Shown piece after piece: positions 10,319 to 19,284 of a stretch of DNA of 64,000 nt; position 1 is the stretch's first letter; every line of letters begins with the position of its first letter. Origin of the DNA: a virus. Taxonomy: Duplodnaviria; Caudoviricetes. The notes below the pieces were generated by a model. The model ran no database searches. It saw only the letters and a program-made list of their open reading frames with translations, and was not told the origin of the DNA. Location: IMG/VR virus record IMGVR_UViG_3300028048_003124; one strand, written 5' to 3'. Both the position numbers and the translations under genes were made by a program.

Positions 10319-11590
10319 ATGTTAGAGTTAAACAGAGTTGGTATTTTAAGCTATATAAAAGGCAATGAGACCCACGACTTGTTGGGGGAGAAGACAAACT
10401 TTAGGCTTTTGTCATCGGGTTTGGTAAACAGGGTAGCTTCTTCAAACAAGTGGTTTGGTTTCGCAACAAGGGTATCAGATGAGCTGATAGATATTTTCTC
10501 TTTAGAGAATAAGAATGGCGAAAAACTCGGTCATATACTAGAAGAAGCTTTAGGAGATTATGACGGGTATAGGAATACATTGTACAGATACCTATTACAC
10601 GATTATCTTTGTTACTGTGAGATTCCTACAGTCATTCGTCAGAGAGACTATTCTGGTTTTAAAGACTCTTACAATAAGAGTTTGGTAACTGCTAATATCA
10701 ATGTAGTAGCAGAATGGTTGGGTATTTCTATTGATGAGGCATTAGTTAAGTATGGCTCTAGACTTGATAATTGCGGTTTTGACAGAGAAGACGGTATGTA
10801 CCCTTATGTAAAGTTGACAGTTGCCAAGAATGGAGAGCGCAAGGTAAGTAAACCAAGAAAAGACTTAGACTTAACACAGAGGGGTATAAGAATAGTCCCT
10901 CTATATGCTATTAAGGTTGGTATGCAGGTTCTTTTTGAGAAAGCTAGCAAAGATTTTTACAATGTTACTTTTATTAAAGACTCAGGTCAACGTAGAGATA
11001 TAACAGTGTGCTTTGATTATGATAAGTTACATTCTGTATATAAGGATGAAGGTTTATTAAGAGAAGCCTATGAAGGTCAATATGCAGGAGATTTCTTAAA
11101 TGTAAAAACTCTTGAAAGAGGGTATGTAAGGGTAATTGAGGTAGGTACAAATTTGAAAAACTATGCTCTAAGAAGCATTAATATGGCAAGAATAATCAAA
11201 TTTGAGAAAACAGAGCCCGACACAACGTTTATCAATATAGACCTAGATACTGTAAAAAGTACATTTCTTAGGAAGGTAGATAGTCATAGCATTAACTACA
11301 AAGAGTTTGTAGATATGTTAGATGTTATGCAAATTGGTTCAACCAGAAATCACAATGGTAAGAGGATTTCTTCAAATGCTGAATTAGAAAACTGGGTAGA
11401 AGCTCAAGAGGTTCTATTAAGCACACCGTTCATAAAACAATTAGCTTTGTTTATGATAGCAAACCCAATTTGGTTTGATGGATATACTGGGGAAGAGGGT
11501 TTAGATAAACCAGAAGACGCTTTAAATAATAGTCAGGATGATGGAGAGCTTGAGTTTGGTGATTTTGATTTAGACTTTGATTTAAATTAA
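10319..11590 (+). CDS. Hypothetical protein with a putative WYL_2/SH3-like barrel and an acidic C-terminal tail
   Basis: NVTFIKDSGQRRDI...VRVIE...LRSINMARI pattern; ends DFDLDFDLN. Confidence 0.6.
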   Translation: MLELNRVGILSYIKGNETHDLLGEKTNFRLLSSGLVNRVASSNKWFGFATRVSDELIDIFSLENKNGEKLGHILEEALGDYDGYRNTLYRYLLHDYLCYCEIPTVIRQRDYSGFKDSYNKSLVTANINVVAEWLGISIDEALVKYGSRLDNCGFDREDGMYPYVKLTVAKNGERKVSKPRKDLDLTQRGIRIVPLYAIKVGMQVLFEKASKDFYNVTFIKDSGQRRDITVCFDYDKLHSVYKDEGLLREAYEGQYAGDFLNVKTLERGYVRVIEVGTNLKNYALRSINMARIIKFEKTEPDTTFINIDLDTVKSTFLRKVDSHSINYKEFVDMLDVMQIGSTRNHNGKRISSNAELENWVEAQEVLLSTPFIKQLALFMIANPIWFDGYTGEEGLDKPEDALNNSQDDGELEFGDFDLDFDLN

Positions 11591-11614
11591 TTATACAAAA
11601 GGGAGATAACAGTT

Positions 11615-13372
11615 ATGGCTAAAAACGCAGGTAGTTTAAAATTAAAAGATCTTCTTAATCTTTTAAGATTTGGCACGGAGAGTGCCAGCTATGTTATTAA
11701 GGGGAATGTGTACAATATATTAAGTAATGAGTTAAACTATAATGGAGTACCGCAGATCCCAACTTTAGAGAGATTTTGTTCAATGTTTCCAAGTTATAGA
11801 AACTATTTATTGCGTAATTACGATATAGAGTTTAAGAGTTTACTTGGTAAGACAGTTGTACCCGATTCTGTAAAAATATCTCAGATGGCTCTTTTTGATG
11901 GTCTACTTTTTGTGTATGATTCCGCTAAAGATGTCTATTCTTTGGTATCTGCTTCTTACAAGCTGTTCCCAGCTGAAGAAGATATAGAAGCTAGAAAGAA
12001 AGCTATTGTTTTGAAAAATAAGAAGGGTGCTTTAAGATCCTACAGAGTAGATTTAGAGTATTCTGATGATGGTGAAACCGTAGAGTATAAACTGATAAAC
12101 GCAAGAGATTTTGATATTGACGACTACAAGAGTGATGATGACGATAACAAGAGGTTTTTCTTGGTTCCTATAGACATTGTTATGATGTACACAAGAGTTA
12201 TTGAGAGGTTAATCAACTCTGATAACAATATTGTGCTTGTAAAGCAGCTTTATAGTGATGGCGAAAAGGTAAGGTGCGTTACTGAAAATGATGCATTACT
12301 CAAAGAGTATTCAGATGGAATACTTACAAGGGAAGAACCTCTAAAAGTAGAGAGTAACTATGTGTCGTGTTGTTTAAGAGCTCCTGTTTTAGGAGCGCCC
12401 AGTATCTCTTTAGGTACTACTAAGATTGACATACTGAGGGTAACAAACATATCTTTAATTGATAAATCTGAGCTGTCGAAATATGGTATAGAGAAAGCAG
12501 TAAATCCGTATATCGATATGTACATAGAAAGGTATTTAACAGAGAGCATTGCTGTATTAAGTACAAAAGAAGATAAGAAGGATTTGGTAGTATTTTTAAA
12601 GAGTTTACCAAATAATCAAACGCTGATGTCAGAAGATATGAGTAAGATATCTAATGTATCTGTGTATAATTATGTAAGATCTCTTTCTACCGCTGATAAG
12701 AAAAAACTAATTCTTGACTTAGGTTTGGTAAAAGAGTGTAAAAGGTACGTAAACTACTACAACAATCTGAAGCCTAAGACTTTGTCATCTGAAGATATCG
12801 ATGATATCGGTAGTATTTTAAAGTCAAATCCTGTTAGGATAGTAATAAAGAAGTCTGACGGAAGTTTAAGTGCCTTTATGTGTACAAACTCGCATAAGGT
12901 TCTTATTGAAACATACGGCGAGGACTTTATGAAGAAGTTTGAGAGCTTTGGAGTAAAGTATTTTTATCTTGTGAACTGTGTTAACTATGAGTACAGTCCA
13001 AATAGTATGAATAGCAAGATAGCTAACAATGATGTATACAGTCATGCAGACTATGAGGTACTTGATTCTGAGGTAATTGCTTTACTAAAGAAGTATGGCT
13101 TTAATCAATCAGAGGTTGAAGTACAGTGTCTTAAAGAGTATATTCAAAAAGTCATTTCAGATATGAGTAGTTCTAAAGATGATGACTTTTTAAAGACAAT
13201 GCTTGCTCTTAAAGAGGGTGTAGACTTAAGCAAAAGCAGAAATACTGTAAGAAGTGAGAGTACTATTCTTGTCAGAGGTCTTTCAGCTTATGTTGATGGT
13301 AATGGAAAGGTTCATGAGTACTATAAAAACCTTGATACAAACAAGATTGTAAGTGCTATAGTTTTTGGTTAA
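11615..13372 (+). CDS. Hypothetical protein with putative WYL_2/SH3-like barrel(s)
   Basis: RIVIKKSDGSLSAFMCTN...YKNLDTNKIVS and an earlier LVKQLYSDGEKVRCVTEN segment. Confidence 0.55.
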   Translation: MAKNAGSLKLKDLLNLLRFGTESASYVIKGNVYNILSNELNYNGVPQIPTLERFCSMFPSYRNYLLRNYDIEFKSLLGKTVVPDSVKISQMALFDGLLFVYDSAKDVYSLVSASYKLFPAEEDIEARKKAIVLKNKKGALRSYRVDLEYSDDGETVEYKLINARDFDIDDYKSDDDDNKRFFLVPIDIVMMYTRVIERLINSDNNIVLVKQLYSDGEKVRCVTENDALLKEYSDGILTREEPLKVESNYVSCCLRAPVLGAPSISLGTTKIDILRVTNISLIDKSELSKYGIEKAVNPYIDMYIERYLTESIAVLSTKEDKKDLVVFLKSLPNNQTLMSEDMSKISNVSVYNYVRSLSTADKKKLILDLGLVKECKRYVNYYNNLKPKTLSSEDIDDIGSILKSNPVRIVIKKSDGSLSAFMCTNSHKVLIETYGEDFMKKFESFGVKYFYLVNCVNYEYSPNSMNSKIANNDVYSHADYEVLDSEVIALLKKYGFNQSEVEVQCLKEYIQKVISDMSSSKDDDFLKTMLALKEGVDLSKSRNTVRSESTILVRGLSAYVDGNGKVHEYYKNLDTNKIVSAIVFG

Positions 13373-13380
13373 GGTATAAA

Positions 13381-14127
13381 ATGATATTAAAAAGCGGTAC
13401 TTCTCGAGGAAACCAGATAAAAGTAACAAAAGATAATAATTTTATAAAAATTGATACGCCAGGTTGGTGTGAGAGTGTATCAGAGGTTGTTGCAGCTGAG
13501 TTTCAGTATCACATATCTAATCGGGTAGCTGATTTTGTAGATTATTCGTTTTGTTTAGAAGATGGTTTAAACGCTTGTATTTGTAAGAATTTCTTAAGCG
13601 AAGAAGAGTCCTTAATCTCACTTTACAGCTTAGTAAAAAGCTATAATCTCCCCAAAGAGGGTATTGATTTGGTAGATGCTATATGTGGTATTCTTATGAT
13701 GGATCACGGTATAAGTGCTTACGAATACTTAGGGTATATGTTAGAGTTAGATGCGATATTATTAAATGAGGATAGGCATTTACGAAACATATCTCTGATA
13801 AGTTCTAAGGATGGTAGTTTAAGATTTTCGCCTATATATGATAACGGTATGTCTTTATTATCTGATTGGAGGTCATATAAGACTATAGATGATATGTCAA
13901 AAGTACAGTCATGTACTTTTTCAGATGATTTCATTAAACAGGTCAAATATTTTAACCCAGAGTTACTGCTGATAGATTATAAGAGTTTATATGATAAGTT
14001 AAACGATGTTATCTGTAATACAGGTATGTACGTTAATGAGTCAAGGAAAAAGTTCTTAATAAGGGCTGTAACTGTTTTGCTTAAAAGGTTGCAAGATACA
14101 GAAGGTGTATTATGGAGAAGGATTTAG
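13381..14127 (+). CDS. HipA C-terminal-domain / CtkA-like protein kinase (HipT-like)
   Basis: GTSRGNQIK P-loop, SEVVA, CKNFL, LDAILLNEDRHLRN catalytic loop, FSPIYDNG. Confidence 0.85.
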   Translation: MILKSGTSRGNQIKVTKDNNFIKIDTPGWCESVSEVVAAEFQYHISNRVADFVDYSFCLEDGLNACICKNFLSEEESLISLYSLVKSYNLPKEGIDLVDAICGILMMDHGISAYEYLGYMLELDAILLNEDRHLRNISLISSKDGSLRFSPIYDNGMSLLSDWRSYKTIDDMSKVQSCTFSDDFIKQVKYFNPELLLIDYKSLYDKLNDVICNTGMYVNESRKKFLIRAVTVLLKRLQDTEGVLWRRI

Positions 14128-14462
14128 CTTTTCAAGTGTTCTATTTTGATAGGTTAATATGTGATAAGTATACTGATCTTTCTTGTAAATACTATTTTGA
14201 TAAGGATAAAAACCGTTTATTTTATGCTTTATCTCCTAAAGATGGGCAGTCTATTGAGGATTATTTAGAAGATAGAGTATTCCCAAAAGAAAGGGTAGAT
14301 TGTAAAGCTGTATTAAAGGAGTTGGGGTTGCATTACTATGATGTAGTTAGTATTGCAAAAGAAACCTGTGGGTATCTTTACGGTGAAGCTATTTGGATAA
14401 AGTTCCCTAATACCCCAGAAAAAACATTAAAAGATGTAATAAGAAAAAACACAGTAAAGTAA
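14112..14462 (+). CDS. HipA N-terminal-subdomain-like small protein (candidate HipS-like antitoxin)
   Basis: YLEDRVFPKER....LKELGL..YD.......T.G......WIK pattern; overlaps the kinase 3' end. Confidence 0.65.
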   Translation: MEKDLAFQVFYFDRLICDKYTDLSCKYYFDKDKNRLFYALSPKDGQSIEDYLEDRVFPKERVDCKAVLKELGLHYYDVVSIAKETCGYLYGEAIWIKFPNTPEKTLKDVIRKNTVK

Positions 14463-14475
14463 GGAGTATTGTATA

Positions 14476-15816
14476 ATGCTAGAAGAGTATAGGCAGTATT
14501 TGCTGAATATACGAAATAGTCTAATACAATGCGGAGTTGAGTTTCCTGAGGGTGCTACTGATAGTGAAACCTATGAAAGTGTATTCTACTTGGGGCTTAA
14601 GTTATCCGACATATTATATTTTTACAGGGTATTAGCTGTAAGTGGTTCAGAGTACGCATTAAAGGATTTCATTTTCCCTCTTAGTAAAACTTACAAAGAT
14701 GTCATCAGAGCAATAGCTTATGCAGAGTTTGATGAGTATATCTTACCAGATTATAAGAAGCTCATAGGCGATGATAAAGATGAGTTAGAGCTTGATGACG
14801 ATGAAGATTACTATTCGGAAGATTGTTCTGATTTAGAGGATGTTCCAGAAAAAGAGCCTGATGAGGTTGTAGCTACAGATGTAGAGGATGAGGACCTATT
14901 TACATCTATGTTTGGTGAGGCGGAGTCAGACGATGACTCCGCTTTTTTAGATGAAAGTATAGAAGATAGATTAGATAGGGAGTTTAAGTCAGCAGATACT
15001 GGTGATTTTTATGATGTACCAGATATGAATACTTCTTATAGTGTGTCAAAAGGTATACCAGCGCCTGTAATACCAGAAGATTCTGAGGAGTATGAATTCG
15101 TCAGTACTGGTGTAATACTGGAAGACTATAATCCAACAGAGAGAAGTAGTACGATAGATATTTCTCCCTCTACTGATGAAACAGGTGATATTGAATACGT
15201 AGATAGTGGTATTTTCTTAGAAGATTTTGAATCTGTGTATAATAACGATAATACTGTGCAAGATATAAGTAGTCAGCTTGATGACTATGACGACACAGAA
15301 GGGTATTATGAAGATGAGGACGAAGAGTACTCTGAGGATGAAGAGTATTCAGAGGATGAAGAGTACTATGACGACACAGAAGGTTATGCCGAGGAGGATG
15401 AAGAGGAGTACTCAGAGGACGAAGAGTATTACGACGACACTGAAGGCTACGCTGAGGAAGATGAAGAAGAATATTATGACGACACTGAAGGCTACGCTGA
15501 GGAAGATGAAGAAGAATATTATGACGACACAGAAGGTTATGCTGAAGAAGAGGATGAATACTATGACGACACAGAAGGATATGCTGAAGAAGATGATTAC
15601 CAAGAAGATGAATATACAGACGTAATTAAAGATACTACTGACAAGGATAAAAACATTGAAGATAGTGCTTCAAGTAGTACTAAGAAGAAAATGTTAAGTA
15701 GGTTAAAAGAAGACGATCTGGGTATTGTTGCGCAAGATGTAGCAAGTAAGGCAGTAACAAAAATACGCGACGGTGTGATGTCCTTCCTAAACGGAAAGAA
15801 TAGTAAGGAAGATTGA
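14476..15816 (+). CDS. Highly acidic protein with Tyr/Asp/Glu tandem repeats
   Basis: AAGGAG SD; very D/E-rich; six DDTEGY repeats. Confidence 0.8.
   Translation: MLEEYRQYLLNIRNSLIQCGVEFPEGATDSETYESVFYLGLKLSDILYFYRVLAVSGSEYALKDFIFPLSKTYKDVIRAIAYAEFDEYILPDYKKLIGDDKDELELDDDEDYYSEDCSDLEDVPEKEPDEVVATDVEDEDLFTSMFGEAESDDDSAFLDESIEDRLDREFKSADTGDFYDVPDMNTSYSVSKGIPAPVIPEDSEEYEFVSTGVILEDYNPTERSSTIDISPSTDETGDIEYVDSGIFLEDFESVYNNDNTVQDISSQLDDYDDTEGYYEDEDEEYSEDEEYSEDEEYYDDTEGYAEEDEEEYSEDEEYYDDTEGYAEEDEEEYYDDTEGYAEEDEEEYYDDTEGYAEEEDEYYDDTEGYAEEDDYQEDEYTDVIKDTTDKDKNIEDSASSSTKKKMLSRLKEDDLGIVAQDVASKAVTKIRDGVMSFLNGKNSKED
15283..15600 (+). repeat. Coding tandem repeat with a core unit of about 45 bp (YYDDTEGYAEEDEEE), 6 copies, plus YSEDEE subrepeats
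   Basis: Repeated GACGACAC(A/T)GAAGG visible in the DNA. Confidence 0.92.
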
Positions 15817-15897
15817 GAAGCTTATTTTCTACGCATAGAATGTTATATTTTTAGTGCGTATGCAAATAAAATATATCCAAAAAGGAGATAATTGCTA

Positions 15898-16830
15898 ATG
15901 ATTAATTTAACAAAAAAGAACGAGATTATTTCTCAGTTCACGGAAACCTCTAAAGAGATGTTTGAGACTGTAAACGCAAATATCGATATCGACGGCGTTA
16001 TGAGCGCTGGTGATGTTGACGGTGTCAGACTAGCTGTAAAGAAGGTACAGAACATCATGATCGCAAATACACCTTTCGGTGTTGCTGTTCCTAAGGCTTC
16101 TCTCTACGTTTCTCCGACTGGTGCTGAGGAGATTACTATTGTCAACATTACTGTTGCCAATAAGATTTCTTCCTCTAAGTCCTTTAACTTCCATAATGCG
16201 ATTACCCATGGTAACGCTAATGAGAAGGTGTTCAACTTCATGCTGAGTGTATATACTGCTCTGCTGATTGACGAGATGGTTGATGAGAACCTTGAGCGTG
16301 TCAACACAGTTCTGGCTTCTGCTGTTACAGAGGCTGGTCTTGACTACTCCGTAAAGGTTGTTTCCTCTCTGGGTAACGAGGGCAAGAAGATTGCCTTTAT
16401 GTCCGATGACGAGATCATTTTCGTTGCCGATGAGGAGCGTGTTTTCAACCTTGATAACATCATCATTCTCTTTGAAGAGACAGATGAGACCTACACTGAG
16501 GAGGTTCTGAAGAAGCATCTTCAGGTTCTCGTAGATGAGATGGCTACCGCTCAGACTACCGCTCAGCTTGTTGGTATTCATGGAGGAGCTCTTGTTGCCC
16601 ATGTTTGTGATATCAGCAAGCGTATTAAGCCTATGACCCTCATCAAGAAGGTTGTCAGCAAGAACGTTTCTAAGGTTCGTGGCAATAAAGATACTCTTGC
16701 TTACTTCAATGATGGCAAGAACTTTGCGATTCTTGCTCGTCGTGACGGTCATTTTGAGGTAATTCTTTCTCCGTTTGATACCGAGACCCTGCGTAATGTT
16801 GACATTGATGTCCTTAAGGAAATTGCGTAA
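15898..16830 (+). CDS. Hypothetical protein, probably highly expressed
   Basis: AAAGGAG SD; marked switch to TTC/ATC/AAC/GAG/AAG/CGT/GGT codons compared with neighbours; followed by a hairpin. Confidence 0.85.
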   Translation: MINLTKKNEIISQFTETSKEMFETVNANIDIDGVMSAGDVDGVRLAVKKVQNIMIANTPFGVAVPKASLYVSPTGAEEITIVNITVANKISSSKSFNFHNAITHGNANEKVFNFMLSVYTALLIDEMVDENLERVNTVLASAVTEAGLDYSVKVVSSLGNEGKKIAFMSDDEIIFVADEERVFNLDNIIILFEETDETYTEEVLKKHLQVLVDEMATAQTTAQLVGIHGGALVAHVCDISKRIKPMTLIKKVVSKNVSKVRGNKDTLAYFNDGKNFAILARRDGHFEVILSPFDTETLRNVDIDVLKEIA

Positions 16831-16856
16831 TCTCAGTTAAAGAGAATATCTTCACA

Positions 16857-16891
16857 AGGGGGTTGTCCTATAAGCAACCCCCTATAATTTT
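16857..16891 (+). terminator. Stem-loop, probable terminator
   Basis: AGGGGGTTG-9 nt-CAACCCCCT followed by ATAATTTT. Confidence 0.65.
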
Positions 16892-16905
16892 ACTAGGGGT
16901 GCGGC

Positions 16906-19275
16906 ATGGCTGTAAAGAGGTTTATAGATGTTTATCCAAATAAGGTATATTTATGGGATAAAGAAAAGAATAATTGTAGTATAGATGATATACCTGCAAA
17001 CTCTAATAGTTGTATGTATTGGTGGAGATGCTCTAAGGGGCACTCATTCAGAAACACCCCAGCAAGGGTAGGTAAGTCTGTAGATGAGGGTTGCAGAGAA
17101 TGTCAGGGTAGAACTAAAACAAACTTTGATGGTCGCTCAATACAAGATGTGTACCCAGAAATAAAGGATATTTGGGATTATGATAAGAATACTTTCTTTC
17201 CTGATGAGTTACCAGCAGACAATACTTATAAGAAAGTATGGATACGTTGTTATGAGGGGCATAGTTTCCAAGTTACTCCTTATGAAATATCTTATCTAGA
17301 TGTTTCATGTCCAGTATGTGATAAGGAGAGTACTACAAACCCAGTATTCAAGGGTATTTATAGTAAATTGAAAGTTGTGTGGGATGAAGAAGAGAATGGT
17401 TTTCCTCTTTTAATGTTTAAAAGTCCTATAAAAGAGAAGTTCTTTTTTGTGTGTGAGCACAATCATAAATACTATAAGTCTTTTAGGTATGTAAGAGACA
17501 GGCTATTAGATGGAAAGAACCCATGTCCCTATTGTTCTGGAACATCTGTAAAGTCTGGTTTTAATGATTTATTAACTAAAAGACCTGATATAGCTAAGTA
17601 TTATGATACTGATAAGAATAGTGTAAATGCTTCAAATCTATATTATAAGAACAGTGATAATAGGTATTTTATTTGTAAGAAAGGTCATAGCTTTATATCC
17701 ACTATACATAAGGTAGATAGAGCTATGATAAAATCTAATGGTAGATTAGTGGGTTGTCCTTATTGTAGTGGAGCATTACTAAAAGAAGGGTACAATGACT
17801 TTGAGAGTCAGCATCCTGAGTTAATGTATTTGTGGAATTGGGAGCTAAATGATATACTGCCGTCAGAGATATCGTGTAAAGACAATACAACTTCTGTATG
17901 GTTTAGATGTTCTAATGGTCTCAATTATAAAACCTTTATAAGCAGTGTGGTAAATAGTAATAAGGAAGGTTGTCCTTTTTGTGTAGGCAGAGTTTCTAGT
18001 AAAAATATTATTCATAAACCCTTATCAGAGGAGTACCCAGATATAGCATTACTATATGATAGTGAAAAGAATATAGCACCCTTAGGTAAATTAACACGGT
18101 ACACTGGTGGTAAATATTGGTTTATTTGTAAGAGAGGTCATAGTTTTAGGCAATCTATATCACAAGTAATAAGGAGTATAACCACTACATGCGGTTGTCA
18201 AATATGTAGTGGCAATAAGATAGTTTCTGGAATTAATGATTTTGAGTCTCAGCACCCAGAGTTGATGTATCTTTGGGATTGGAATAAAAATGATATACTC
18301 CCCTCTGAAATCTCATGCAAAAATAATTCTAAGAAGGTATGGTTGGTTTGCTCGAATGGTCATAGTTACTCTACATATATAGATTCTTTGGTTAGAAGTA
18401 AATTTGAAAGTTGTCCTCATTGTTCTCATTTTGTATCTTCTGGTAGCTTAGAGTTACAAAAGATGCTTGAAAATCATGGTGTAACTGTTCAGTTAGAGTA
18501 TGTTATGCCCAGTGGAAAGCGATTAGACTTATATTTACCAGAGAATAATATAGCTATAGAGTACAATGGAATTTACTGGCATAGTGAGCAGTTTGTAGGA
18601 AAAGACTACCACAAAGATAAGTACAAAGAGTGCGAACTTTTAGGTATAAGATTATTTTTTGTATGGGAAGATGACTGGCTAAATAAAAAAGAGATAGTTA
18701 GTAGTATGATACTTAAAAAGTTAGGCTTGCTTGATCAAATAAAAATAAATGCAAGAGATTGTAGTATTTGTACCATAGATAAAGATGTCGCCAAGGATTT
18801 TTTAGATAAGAATCACATACAGGGTTACGTAAGCGGGTTTAAGTATTTATGCTTAAAGACTAAAAGTGGTGAAGTAGTAGCTGTAATGGTATTAAGACAA
18901 AGTGGGAAAAACATTCTAATATCAAGATATGCTACAAATTTTAATGTAAGAGGTGGGTTTACTAAATTATTAAAGTATGTTGAGAGAACAGAGAATTTTG
19001 AATACTTAGAAACATTCTCAGACAATGGGGTATCAGACGGCTCCTTATATAAAAATTCTGGTTTTACCTACGCTTATGAATTAAAGCCTACTTTTTATTG
19101 TGTATATGGTTCTAAGAGGTACCATAAGTTCAATTTTAGAAGTGATAGATTTGTAAGAGATAGCGATTTAGAGTATATTGAAGGTTTAACAGAAAGAGAG
19201 TTACAGGATCTTAATGGAATAAGGCGTATTTATGACGCCGGAAAGATAAAGTGGATTAAAAAGAAGCCAAATTAA
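16906..19275 (+). CDS. Zn-ribbon-array nuclease copy 1: 7 DUF4379-like modules, Vsr/DUF559-like nuclease, GNAT/Mom-like C-domain
   Basis: Seven W/F.C..(G)H...C..C units (one with H replaced by L); LDLYLP..IAIEYNGIYWHS...VWEDDW; NHIQG, RYAT..VRGGF.KLL, FSD...DGSLY..SGF, RIYDAGK. Confidence 0.85.
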   Translation: MAVKRFIDVYPNKVYLWDKEKNNCSIDDIPANSNSCMYWWRCSKGHSFRNTPARVGKSVDEGCRECQGRTKTNFDGRSIQDVYPEIKDIWDYDKNTFFPDELPADNTYKKVWIRCYEGHSFQVTPYEISYLDVSCPVCDKESTTNPVFKGIYSKLKVVWDEEENGFPLLMFKSPIKEKFFFVCEHNHKYYKSFRYVRDRLLDGKNPCPYCSGTSVKSGFNDLLTKRPDIAKYYDTDKNSVNASNLYYKNSDNRYFICKKGHSFISTIHKVDRAMIKSNGRLVGCPYCSGALLKEGYNDFESQHPELMYLWNWELNDILPSEISCKDNTTSVWFRCSNGLNYKTFISSVVNSNKEGCPFCVGRVSSKNIIHKPLSEEYPDIALLYDSEKNIAPLGKLTRYTGGKYWFICKRGHSFRQSISQVIRSITTTCGCQICSGNKIVSGINDFESQHPELMYLWDWNKNDILPSEISCKNNSKKVWLVCSNGHSYSTYIDSLVRSKFESCPHCSHFVSSGSLELQKMLENHGVTVQLEYVMPSGKRLDLYLPENNIAIEYNGIYWHSEQFVGKDYHKDKYKECELLGIRLFFVWEDDWLNKKEIVSSMILKKLGLLDQIKINARDCSICTIDKDVAKDFLDKNHIQGYVSGFKYLCLKTKSGEVVAVMVLRQSGKNILISRYATNFNVRGGFTKLLKYVERTENFEYLETFSDNGVSDGSLYKNSGFTYAYELKPTFYCVYGSKRYHKFNFRSDRFVRDSDLEYIEGLTERELQDLNGIRRIYDAGKIKWIKKKPN

Positions 19276-19284
19276 GGAGGTAAT

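Noticed and set aside
15283-15600. Possible CRISPR array or non-coding repeat
   Set aside because: The units are in frame, vary at synonymous positions and have no unique spacers; no cas genes are present
15278-15625. Alternative-frame ORFs (115 aa on +, 63 aa on -) over the repeat
   Set aside because: By-products of the low-complexity acidic repeat in the 14476 gene
16030-16752. 240-aa minus-strand ORF
   Set aside because: Antisense shadow of the codon-biased 15898 gene; avoiding TTA/CTA/TCA codons removes stops on the other strand
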